In this document: piece by piece, positions 38,101 through 49,057 of the stretch
Layout: each line of letters opens with the position of its first letter
Position numbering within the stretch: the first letter of the stretch is position 1
Translations under genes and position numbers: made by a program
The notes under the pieces: generated by a model
Databases searched by the model: none
Told to the model about the DNA's origin: nothing
The model's input: the letters and a program-made list of their open reading frames with translations, nothing else
Assembly: GCA_023231475.1 (NCBI GenBank)
Contig: JALJEE010002827.1
Span: 1 to 55,841 of the forward strand
DNA: 55,841 nucleotides
Direction: 5' to 3'
Origin: Seison nebaliae
Lineage: Eukaryota

Positions 38101-39805
38101 ACCGGCCTGATTTCAATCATATTCGTGGAATTATGAGAAGAATCAACAAGTTAATTCCATAATTATCTGTTCGATGATGGAAAATTTAATTTCTGTTATT
38201 TTAGAGGAAATGAAACAGGAAATATTGTGGATAATCTGTTGAAGAGAATGGAACAATATGCGAACAATTTGGAGAGTATCGTGGAAGAACGTACGAGTGA
38301 TTATCTCCAAGAAAAGAAGAGAGCCGAAGAATTATTATATCGGTTAGATTTATCGTTTATCGATTCTACAACTATTGATCTACTCTCAGATTGTTACCAC
38401 CAGCAGTGACGAAAGAATTATTATCAGGTAAAACGGTGACAGCTGAAACATTTGATTGTGTCACCATTTACTTTAGTGACATTTGCGGTTTCACCAGTAT
38501 ATCCGCCGCCATCACACCAATGGAAGTTGTGGATCTATTGAATAATTTATACATTTGTTTCGATTCGATAATTGAACATTTCGACGTTTATAAAGTGGAA
38601 ACAATCGGTGACGCATATATGGTCGTTTCAGGTTTACCGACCAGAAACGGTGATAGACATGCCTCGGAAATTAGTCGAATGTCTTTGGCATTATTAAACG
38701 GGATACATTCGATAAAAGTGGGAAAGAATAAGAATGAGCAATTACGAATAAGAATCGGAATACATTCAGGTCCGTGTGTGGCTGGTGTTGTTGGAAGAAA
38801 AATGCCCAGATATTGTCTCTTTGGTGATACGGTCAACACTTGTTCCCGAATGGAAAGTAATGGACTACGTTCGATTTTCTTATATATTTATTATTTATAA
38901 TATTTATTTTTTTTATTTTATATTTTTAGCATTAAGAATTCATGTCAGTCCATCAACAAAGAAAATTTTGGATCAATATAATCAATTCGATTGTCAGTTA
39001 CGGGGACCGGTATCGATGAAAGGCAAAGGAGTAATCACAACATATTGGCTAATTGGTGAGCATGGCGGATTACAAGTAGCACCTCCATTAGACCCCGACC
39101 CCCTAGAAACGCAATTTCGAAATTTAGCCAAACAACAAAGAAATTCGATAAAGATCCCCGAGAAAAAATTAGACGAACATAAAAGAAGAACACTAAAACC
39201 AGCATCTTCAGGTTTTTTTGTCTTAATTTTCTTAATATCTGATAAATTTAAATTTGATAGAAATTACAGTGAGTAAAAAACCGTCATTAACCGATCAAAT
39301 CATCAGTTCATCGACTTGTGATGTCTTCGAAGAAAATCGGAATCTTTACGAGAAATATATGGAAGAGAAACCGATAAATATCCAACAATTGAAAGAGGAA
39401 TTGCCGGAAACCAAAGTTAAAAAGCAAATTACACAATCGGACATTCTAATCAAAAAGAAGAATGTTTGCACGAAATGTAATCGATCCAAATCTCGAGAAC
39501 GTCGAAGGAGAAATCGATCGAAAGGAAATAAAATTCCAGAGGAAGAATTCGAATTATCTTCATTACTCCAAATGAAGGAGCAACATATCAATAAGGAATC
39601 GAATTCGATCCATTGTCTCCAATGTTGTAAACATCATAAAAATTGTTCAGTTCATCATTCAAATCTTTCGACCAATATGAACTTCAATTATGAGAACAAT
39701 GAAATGAGTAATATGGCGACAGAAAATGATGAGGTCTCCATCATCTCTCAGTCAAACGACACACAATCGAAACAGAAATCAAATTTAAAAAATTCAATAA
39801 TCTAA
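27798..39805 (+). CDS. Receptor guanylyl cyclase, natriuretic-peptide-receptor type; whole locus (isoform A ~1522 aa, B ~1424 aa, C ~1443 aa)
   Basis: Constant exons 35836-35947, 35992-36202, 36254-36403, 36447-36663, 36714-36795, 36846-37095, 37137-37340, 37382-37558, 37601-37934, 37984-38149, 38205-38342, 38390-38868, 38930-39211, 39261-39805, all phase-consistent. They encode the rest of the ECD ([38 protein letters not shown]), a TM helix, kinase-homology domain ([28 protein letters not shown]), coiled coil (MEQYANNLE) and cyclase ([30 protein letters not shown]; the Glu/Cys pair indicates GTP specificity). Confidence 0.93.
29807..29838. repeat. (CT)n/(GA)n microsatellite
   Basis: tctctctctccaccctctctctctctctctct read directly; lies between cassettes A and B. 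Confidence 0.8.
33350..34277 (+). CDS. Guanylyl cyclase variable N-terminal cassette B, single exon
   Basis: 928 nt, phase 1. Starts [13 protein letters not shown]; motifs [43 protein letters not shown]. Ends ...HRQAR-g|GTTAAA, which joins 35836 to read QARVVIMC. Confidence 0.85.
34665..35649 (+). CDS. Guanylyl cyclase variable N-terminal cassette C (proximal), single exon
   Basis: 985 nt, phase 1, with an in-frame TAA at 34647 upstream of the ATG. Motifs [40 protein letters not shown]. Ends ...LDSR-g|GTATTA, which joins 35836 to read DSRVVIMC. Its signal peptide is weaker than those of A and B. Confidence 0.88.
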
Positions 39806-40139
39806 AATTTTCCTACCACACATCATCCTAAACTCAATCAATTTTATTCAAATTTCATGTCATACCGGTGCTTTTTCTTACAAACATTTCTAGCGTCTTT
39901 CATAAAATGTAGATTTCGATCAGTATCAAAATTAATTTTTTAAAATTTTCATCTAAATTTAATAAAAAATTTTTAAATTTTTTTCCTCTTATTTTTAAAT
40001 TATAACAATTTTAATTGAAATGAATTAATGACAAGTAAATTGTTCGAAAATAAAAATATTTCTTACCGATTTCATTTTAATTTATTAAGTTTCGCCTTTT
40101 CTTATTTGAGAAAGGACTAAAAAAAAGTTATTCCTCACA

Positions 40140-40352
40140 ATGATCGAAGACAGTTTACTTACACGGAAAGCCATCGATATTTTAAAGACACCACATTATA
40201 TCGGAAAATATTTGATATTCCTCATCATATTGCTTATCAGTACAATTTGGTTTATCATTTGTCGATCAATTAAAATATTTTTCATGGTACTAATTGGAAT
40301 TTGGATGCTCATTGTTCATTGTTTCACTACTCAAAGAAAATTCAAAAGCTAA
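40140..40352 (+). CDS. Possible small (70 aa) membrane protein, unknown family
   Basis: ATG..TAA ORF in a caaATG context, visibly less AT-rich than its flanks, with two hydrophobic segments and a basic C-terminus. No homology recognised. Confidence 0.4.
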   Translation: MIEDSLLTRKAIDILKTPHYIGKYLIFLIILLISTIWFIICRSIKIFFMVLIGIWMLIVHCFTTQRKFKS

Positions 40353-41059
40353 TAATATTTGTTTAAAAAAATTCTAATTTCAAAATTTCTTATTTTCCTA
40401 AAATTTTTATTGGATTTTTTTAAATCTTTTTTAATTCTATAATTTTAAAAATATTCAATCTATTAAGATTTATAGTTTAAAAATAAAAGTGATCTGATTA
40501 TAAATTGTTATCCGGTATAAATATGCACAGAAAATGCACAAATTATTTTTATACCTTCAATTGAACCAAATCTCCGTTTCGGGAAGTTATCGATGTAGCC
40601 AGAAACGACGTAACTTCAAAAATCTTTTAATTGTCCAATATTTGATGTAAAATGGATTGAGCACAATTCACGCACAAAAAAGAATTTTCTCATATTATTT
40701 CTGAACAAAAGTTTATTATTATTATTTAGGGGAATTTTTGAGGAATTTAAATTTATCAATATGAATGTTAAATAAAAATTGGAATGGTAAAGGTTGCTTT
40801 CTATAAGAATCACTGTGAAGATAAAAAAGAAATTTATTGGGAATTTTCAAAAAATTAATGATTAAGTCCGAAATGAGATAGTAAATTAAAACTATTCATT
40901 TTCAAACTTTATTTCGATTTTTCATTCTTCGCCACTTAACCACTTTTTTTCCATCTATATCTTCTTTACATGAGCCGAGAGACGATTACGTCTTTGAGTA
41001 GATTAGAATAAGAATTAAATTTCCAAATTGTTTTGGTCAGTATGTCGAATTAATAGAAA

Positions 41060-43421
41060 ATGCAACCGAAGAATAAGAAGAAACTGTCGAACTTAAAATT
41101 GAATGGCGAACGAGGATTTTCTACTGAATCGATTCGTTCTTCGAAAAAGAATGGGAGAACTCCTTCAGTGTCGTTACATTTAGTTCAACCAAAAGTATGT
41201 TCGATTAATGAACGACGACCAAAGAAGCGTGAGAAATCGTCGAACATGGAATATTTGAAAGAATATTTGATCGATAATGAGGAAAGGGGAAATTTGCAAA
41301 TAGTGAATAAATATGACAGAAATGTTCGATTTCTAGAGACATCTCGTTCATTTAATGACGAGTGTGAAGATTTGAGTAGAAATTGGAATAATAATACTTC
41401 AAATAATGCCGGTTTGCCTGGTAACAATAACATGGATAATATGGGAAATGAAGTTGTATCAAAACGTGTTGGTGATTTAAAAATCGCCAATTCCGGTAAA
41501 CCGATTGGAAGTAGAGCCACATTGTCAAGTGTTCGATTGAATGAAATGAAGAAAATGAGAAGTAGTGAAAAACGATGGTATCAAAAGATCAGTGTTGAAC
41601 CAATCCTCTTCTTGTTTATGCTCTCCGTTCATATAACCATGCCAGTGGAACAAGGTTTAGTTTATCAGAAAGTTTGTCTGCAAATGTACGACAAAGATTT
41701 ATGTAAAATTATCAATCGAAATGCTTCACTAGTTCAACATGAACGTGTCGTCCAAGAAAAGAGTTCACTTTGGTTAATGTATTTAGATATAGCACTCGCC
41801 ATTCCCAGTATTGTTACGGCTACTTATTTCGGTAGTATTAGCGACTCATTGTCTCAGAAATTGCCAATGATTCTCGCTAATATCGGCGCATGTTTATCAG
41901 CTGTCAATTATTTATTATGTGCCGCTTATATCAGTTGGCCACCGGCCGTTCTACTTCTTTCAAATTTCCTTTACGGATTCTTTGGCGGTTCAACTGCTTT
42001 ACTTTCTAGTGTTTTCTGTTATTTGTCCCAAATATCCGAAGACTCTCAACGTACCACACGAATGGCTATACTTGAAGCAATGTTGATGTTAGGTGCCACA
42101 TTAGGAATGTCGTTGAGTGGTGTCATACTCGATCATACGAATTTTACAGTTACTTTCACCATCGTTCTTTCCATACATGTGATAAATATCAGTTCCATCA
42201 ACATTCCATTGTCATTCATTCAAATCTTTCTCTCTTTCAGTTTATGTTATTTATTTCGTAAAAGATATCGGAATTCCTGTTTATGATCCCACCACTGGTC
42301 AAGTGGTCTTAGAACAAATGACTTGGAAGAAATTCGGGTTTGAAAAATTTCAGTTCAAAATCATCATAAACCTCATTCTTCAGAGTCCATACGAAAGAGA
42401 ATTTAACAAAGTGTAGCCATTTCAAAGAATCGGGAGAAGTGTTGGTGAAAGATCGGCCCGGAAGTCGAAGAACATTTATACTTCTCATATTAAGCGCCTT
42501 CTCAGTCAGTGTACTGACGTCGATGGGTTAACAATTTTGAAAATAGAAAGAAGAACTTTCTTGTTTTTATAGGAGAAAATACTATATCGTTTCTTTACTT
42601 AAGAAAATCACCTTTATCATTCACGCAAACTCTATATGGAATTTTTCGCGGTCTCAAAAGTTTCCTCACTTGCATCGCCCTCATAGGAATACTTCCCATT
42701 CTTCAAAAGTATTTCGATATATCCGACTTGACTTGTGCCATCATCGGAACGTTATCTAAGTGCTTAGGAGATTTCATGTACGGTTTCGCCACCAGTGCCC
42801 GAATGATATTTTTTGGTAATTTTTCCTTCGTCATATTTTTTTCATTTTTTTCTCTTTTAGTTCCCGTCTTGGGAATGTTCGGCAGTTACATAGCGGCTAG
42901 TGTACGTTCTTATTTATCTAAACAAGTCGCACCAAGCGAACAAGGTTTTCATCTAATGATTTGAGAATATTTTAAAGAAAACTTTTATGAATTTCAAATA
43001 ATTTCAGGAAAATTATTCGCGATAGTTGCGAGTGTTGAGAATGTCGATATTCTCGTCGGTACATTAGTGTTCAATGGAATTTATGCTTCCTCATTAGATA
43101 CCATGCCAAGTCTAGCGTTCTATGTCGCTACAGCACTTCATTTCTTTACTCTACCACCATTTATGTTCCATTTATTTAATACAATTTTTTTAAATCTAAA
43201 ATTTATTATCTTTTAGGTATGTGAGTTTCAAGGAGAAAACGGTGTCAGAGGCACATGAACCTCCATTACCGAGTCCATATTTACATTCGGAAAATTCACT
43301 AACTATCAGTCCAACCGATTTAACAACAAACGAATTGGCAAGTCGATATGATGATTCGAAAACTCGGAACGATCTCATCACATTGGAAGCACTGGCACCA
43401 GCACCAATAGACAGAAGTTAG
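41060..43421 (+). CDS. MFS transporter of the SLC46 (PCFT/HCP1-like) family, ~686 aa
   Basis: Exons 41060-42191, 42241-42337, 42384-42526, 42573-42815, 42861-42944, 43008-43164, 43217-43421. Family-typical ISVEPILFLF, QKVC..DLC, GSISD, RTTRMAILEA, LYLRKSPLSF, RSYLSKQVAPSEQGKLFA; about 12 TM segments after a ~175-aa hydrophilic N-terminus. Confidence 0.9.
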
Positions 43422-43510
43422 AAAAAGAGAGAGAGATAGAGAGAAAGAACAATAAGTTGAACAATATAAATTTATAACGAAAGAAAACAAAATTAAATTG
43501 AGATTTTCTT

Positions 43511-44075
43511 TTAAGAATAAGATGGTAATTCTTTGTCCTCATCTTTCTCAGTTTCCAATTCCTGTTTTGTGGAATTGACATCTTCATCTTCATCATCATT
43601 ATCCTCAACCTCCCTTGTTATATCTACTGTTGTTTTTGGTTGAGAACGATCGTTCGAAACTTGTTCATAATTTTCATCAACATTTCGTCTCAAGTACGAA
43701 ATTTGTCCTAGATTTTCATTCATTCCTGCCGCATTATCAGCCGTTTTAGCAACATAATTCTGACTTGGTTCCATTATCGGATTGAATGTATCATCTTTCA
43801 TTAATTTAACATCTTTCTGGATAAGTGAGGTTAAATTCTAAGAATAAATTTAAAATTTCTAATAATCATTTTAAAAAACTTCAAGTTTCTTATTCTGCAT
43901 TAGAGCTAATTGAACCGATTTATTCATGATGGAAGAAAGTCTCTTAATTCTCTCCTCCATCGATTCCAATTGTCGATTCTGTTTAACCATTAACTTATTA
44001 TCCGAATTGATTTTTGATCGTATTTTTTTTATAATTTTTTTCTTCTTAACATTTTCTTTCTTAATTTCCTGTTCG

Positions 44076-44112
<37 letters not shown>

Positions 44113-44638
44113 CGTCATCAGTTTTTTCTTTTTCCTCTTTTTTTGTTGATGGAATTGTTTCGTTCGTTTCTCGTTTCCTTCTCGAATGATTTCGTCTTTG
44201 TCCGTAAAGAACTTTCGTAGCTAATTTAGGTGAATATTTCAATAAGGCTCTTCTTAAAACTCTTAGAACGGCACCGCGAACTATCGGATTCTCTTTCAAT
44301 TCAATAATTCCATTTTTCGCTATTCTCCTCTCATTCTTTACTAATTTCATTAATTTCTTAAAAGATTTATCTAAAATACGTTTTAATCGTTCTTCCGCTT
44401 TTAATTTCGGCTGAACATGATGACGCGATTTGTTTATTCTCTTTCTTTTCGGTATGACAACTTCCCCATTGGCAGAAATGTCCGTCTCTCTTCTCAATCT
44501 TAATCGTTCACCATCGACTATTTTCGTTAGTTTCGACAGCGGTGCAACAAAACCAACAACTGGAGAAGAGATGAATTGGAGTGAAGGTGAAAAGAAGAGA
44601 AATGTTTGGAAGATAAATAAATTTAAAAATAATTTCAT
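43511..44638 (-). CDS. Orphan secreted protein or putative peptide precursor, ~361 aa
   Basis: Exons 44638-43880 and 43837-43511 (42-nt GTT..TAG intron, phase 0) join two ORFs from the track. Signal peptide MKLFLNLFIFQTFLFFSPSLQ; convertase-type sites RLRR|ET and RRKR|ET; poly-Asp tract at 44075-44119; no Cys. Confidence 0.8.
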
Positions 44639-45942
44639 TATTTCTCAAAAATAAAATATTTTGCAAATTAATATAAAAAATAAATTTAATATCAGTAGAG
44701 AAACGAGAAAATGAAAATAGATTGAGAGAACAAATAAAAGTTTAATTAACGAAAGTAGTTCCTTCTCATTTTGTTGATTGGATTTAATTTATTTCATTTT
44801 CATAACTCTCTTCTAAATTTAATTTCCAAGAATTATTTTCTTATACGTTCGAATTAGATGACGAAACATTTTTATTCGTTTCAATATCAAAAAGTATGTC
44901 ACCCACCAAACTGTAAAGGAGAATACAATAAAGAAGTTAAAAGTAAAATAAAATACGAACTAAAAGCAACGACCAATAATGCGATCAAAGACGAAAAAAT
45001 GAATGTCAATGATTGTATTGAATAATGAATAGTGGTATCCAAAAGGACATTTGACATAGTTCAAAATAATTTTATGAGCGAATGTTGTTAATTTTTCATT
45101 TTATTTTCAGCTTAAAATTTGAAGCTTTTTATTTATAAAAAAATTGAATAGAGATAAAGAAATTACGTATTTTTTAAGTTTGTCCATTTGAAGTATATTA
45201 ATTGCATATAAATAATACGTAAGTAAAATTAAAAGCTTAGAAATGTAATTTATGGAAAATTGAAAATACAATTTTTTTTCTAGGAATTTAAAAGAGAAAT
45301 TTTTTCGTTTAGCAATAACTTCTCCATGAAAAAGTTGTTGAATGTGGAGAGGGAAAAAATGGTTGTCGTTCTTTTGACATTTGTACAATGTACAATAATA
45401 ATTTCGTTGGTTGTTGAATGCATTTCATCTTCAACTCTTCCTCATTTAAGTTTCTTTTTGAGATGTGGCAGATTGATTTGTTTTGAAAGAATCATTTGAG
45501 AGAAGTACCTACGCACTTCCATGCAAATTCATGAAGTTTTTTCAGACACCATGTGAAGAAGAGAATATTGCAAGCAAGATAGAATCATCAATTCAATGAA
45601 TCTTTTCTTTGTCTACGCAATCTACACATAATCTATCTGTTGATTAACAAAAATTTATTTTCGTTTTGGTTGTTGAAAGAAAAATTGTTGGACAATGGAT
45701 GAGATTCGTGAACATTTTCCGTTCATTTCTCGTCAATTTGGCCCTTATTCTTGATGGGAGAGTTCCATGTTAATGTAGAAGTGATGTAGAAATGTGGAGA
45801 AGTTGAGGAGAGAGATGAGTTGATGGAATTAATTTTTCACTAAACCTATTCCAAAACTAATATGTGATGTGAATTGTATTTTGCCGAATAGAAAAATTCT
45901 TACCCTTCTTTGTTATATCGTGTGCAATCGGATTTGAAAATA

Positions 45943-47046
45943 ATGGACTTGAAAACTTCAGATATGGATATGAGTCTGGATGACTTGATCAAATTGAATA
46001 AGACGAAAGGTCAAGGTATGTCATTAATTTTGTGTTTCTCAATATATGTGGCTCATCTGCATGATTTATATGCACTCCCTTCTCAAAAGGAAACAAAGTG
46101 AATCGATTGAAGAAGAACGGACAACAGAAACAACGTAATAAGGTGAATGGCCAAAGGAAATTTGGAAACAATCGACCGAAATTTATGAAAAATAAATTGT
46201 CCAATAATCTCGCCAATCGCATCACAAGGTTCGTGTTATTGCCAAATACAAAGAAATATTTTTAAAAAAAAAGTCGACTGGAAAAATGAAATAATGGCCA
46301 CGATAAATTTGAATGTCGTGTTGTCGATGATGAGATGATAATAAAATGAAGAGATGAAATTTATCTATCGATCCAAATCGATAATAAATCCGACACGGGA
46401 ATGTTGAAGAGTCGGAATATTTTGAATGAGATTTCTATTCTCAATTTCCATTTAAATCTCTCTCTCATCTCTCTATTCTATTTCCTCCCTCTCCATTAAA
46501 AAACGATCATCTATTCTTAATATTTATCATTATTTATTGATATTTGGCAGCAAGAAAAATATGGTAAATAAGAATCAAAGAATGCCGGTATTTAACATGC
46601 CGCTACGACGGAATATCAGTGAGAATTTCCGCATTGGTCGACGAATGAACAAAGCACCAATGATGGGAAGGAAAAATATTATGACGCCTCCACTCAATCG
46701 ACAATCATCAATGAAAGAACAGATACGGAAGAAGCAGTTTGTTGATAATATTGTGAAGAATGCTCGACGAATAGCAAATAAACAATATAATATGACGATG
46801 AAGAATCGAATTAATCAACCCATTCGAAATGGAAAGATCTTTCCCACTAAGAATCTGTTAGAAGATCAAAATATTAAAATTAAAATAAACAAATCAATTT
46901 AAATTTTAGGAGACCGATTCAACGTCCTATGAGAAACTCGTTGATTGGAGGGAGAAAAGGAGGAATTCGATTTCAAATGAGAAAAGTTTTCAAACTATTT
47001 TTTTATTAATTCAAATTTTATTCTTTTTTAGAATATGAGAAAGTGA
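45943..47046 (+). CDS. UAP56-binding-motif protein without an RRM (UIF/FYTTD1-like mRNA export adaptor), ~202 aa
   Basis: Exons 45943-46015, 46090-46228, 46551-46856, 46910-46985, 47032-47046, phase-consistent. N-terminal DMDMSLDDLIKLNK matches the UBM of ALYREF/UIF; the remainder is basic N/K/R/M-rich with no RRM. Confidence 0.75.
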
Positions 47047-47252
47047 AGGAATTGTAAAAATGTTTGACAGTTCAATCTTTTTTTAGCATTGTGGAAGCAA
47101 TGATATTTTCGATTGTTTAAGAATTATAAAAATTACGTTGAAAATAATAATTGCGCTAATTTCATTCTTCTTTTTTTTTTATTATATTAAACATTATTTT
47201 CATATTCGACATTATTGGAGTAAATATTATTTACAAAATAAAAATTTTTTTT

Positions 47253-47901
47253 CTAATGATCCTCTTTGATTGTGCGTTGCATTCTCTTCTCGAAATGACG
47301 TTTGACCCAATCGGATTCCATATATTCTTTCGGGTCATTCAAAATGAATGCCAGTCGTTTGAATGTGTGGAAATAAACGATACTGAATAATCGATGAATG
47401 ATATAGAGTGAGAGATAAGTGACTCGATCATAAATTACTCGATCGATATATTCCGTTTTGCCATAACGTGCACTCTAGAAAGATATATGAGAATGAGATT
47501 GAATGAGATTCAACTAACTAGTGTCACTATTTGGAAGAGGAATGTGAGAATGAAATAAATGGCGAATAAGACGAGTGTTAGAGTGTGTGCCTTAAAACTT
47601 CGGAATAATAGTCCAGCTTGAGCGGAGAATGTATTGTTGAGTAAGAGGAAGATTGAGATGACGTTGAGTAAAATAAATAAATCTTGAATTCTGAATGAGT
47701 AAAATCGATTAGAATTCGATTAGAATCAACTAACATGTACAGAACGACAAAGACATTGTCAGCCTTTTGTGGAGTCATTTGAATACAAGCAATATATTCA
47801 CCGAAACTATTGATGAACACATCGGCAAACAAGAGAATCATTTGGAAGAAAATGACGAACACATATCTGGTAGTGCTGTAGTCACTTGAGGATGACGGCA
47901 T
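47253..47901 (-). CDS. TMEM138: Transmembrane protein 138 (ciliary trafficking), ~186 aa
   Basis: Exons 47901-47735, 47690-47519, 47474-47253. Segments YVFVIFFQMILLFADVFINSFGE, LYIIQDLFILLNVI, NTFSAQAGLL, HRLFSIVY..FKR, LNDPKEY.ESDW match TMEM138 along its whole length. Confidence 0.9.
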
Positions 47902-48295
47902 GATGCTCCTCAATCTTATCACGAATAACTCGTAGCAACATCATATTGAACAATTCAATCATTTCTTTACACATCCCAATGAATAATTCATCCGTTTTGA
48001 AATGAATAGCTTAACCTTTTCTGTGTCATATTCTCTAACTGTACTTTCTCCCCAGCCGTCCAGTCGCTTCTTCATCCTTTAGATTTATAGGAAAAGGTAC
48101 GGCGAATGATGGGGAAGGGAATTAGGTCTCATTATGTGAAATGTTTGAAGAAAAATTGAAAATTTCAAAATTTTTTTTTCTTACAATATAATCGAGAAAT
48201 TTTTCGAATGAAAGATCCATGACAAATAGAAGATTTATTTTAATTTTTTTTCTACATATCTATACAATCAACCTATGATTAGGTAACATACAACC

Positions 48296-48423
48296 GTGTG
48301 TGCATGTGTGTGTGCGTTGAGAACTATTAAGTGTGTTTAATGTGTCTGTGTGTGTGTTGTGTGTGTAGAGATCTATTATGTATATTTAATGTGTTAGTGT
48401 GTGTGTGTGTGTGTATGTTGTGT
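48296..48423. repeat. Imperfect (TG)n tract in the divergent TMEM138/MO25 intergenic region
   Basis: Several gtgtgt runs, the longest at about 48397-48414. Confidence 0.8.
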
Positions 48424-49057
48424 AGAAGTGTCGCTGTTGTATTGAACGAGGGATTTTAGGGAAAATTGTAGATGGTAAAGATTTCTTTTATGTAATCGAA
48501 TAGAAAGAATAGGTCACTAGGAAATGAATGATAATAATAGAAAGTTTTTACATTCGTTTCAATCAAACTCATTTCATCATGTACTCATCGTTTGAAATGA
48601 GGTGAAAAAGAAAGAGGGGAAGGAGTTAATTCAATTAGACAATTTCAATTTATTGTAAACAAAAAATTATTTCTTCTTCTAAACCGAATTAGTTTAATTA
48701 AATTCGAATTCTCATTTTTGTGAAATAAAAATGAAAAATCGAATTATTTCTGTATAAAACGAAAATTAAAGAATTCTTCAATTGAATGAAGTCGAAAAAT
48801 TTCAATTTTAAACTAATTTCATTAATAATTATTTTTACCATATTCTTCCTTCAACTTTTCATTAGAAATATCTTTTTATTTAAATTCTCCCTACATGTCA
48901 GACGCAACCATGTTAAAGTAGTTTTGGACGATTGTTCTAACATATCTCCACACGAACTAATTGAGAGGACAAAATCAGCAGACGAAATTGTTGAACGAAA
49001 TTCTGATTGAATTTCTGGAAGGAAACTGAGAAATAAGAGAAACTACATTAGATAAAC

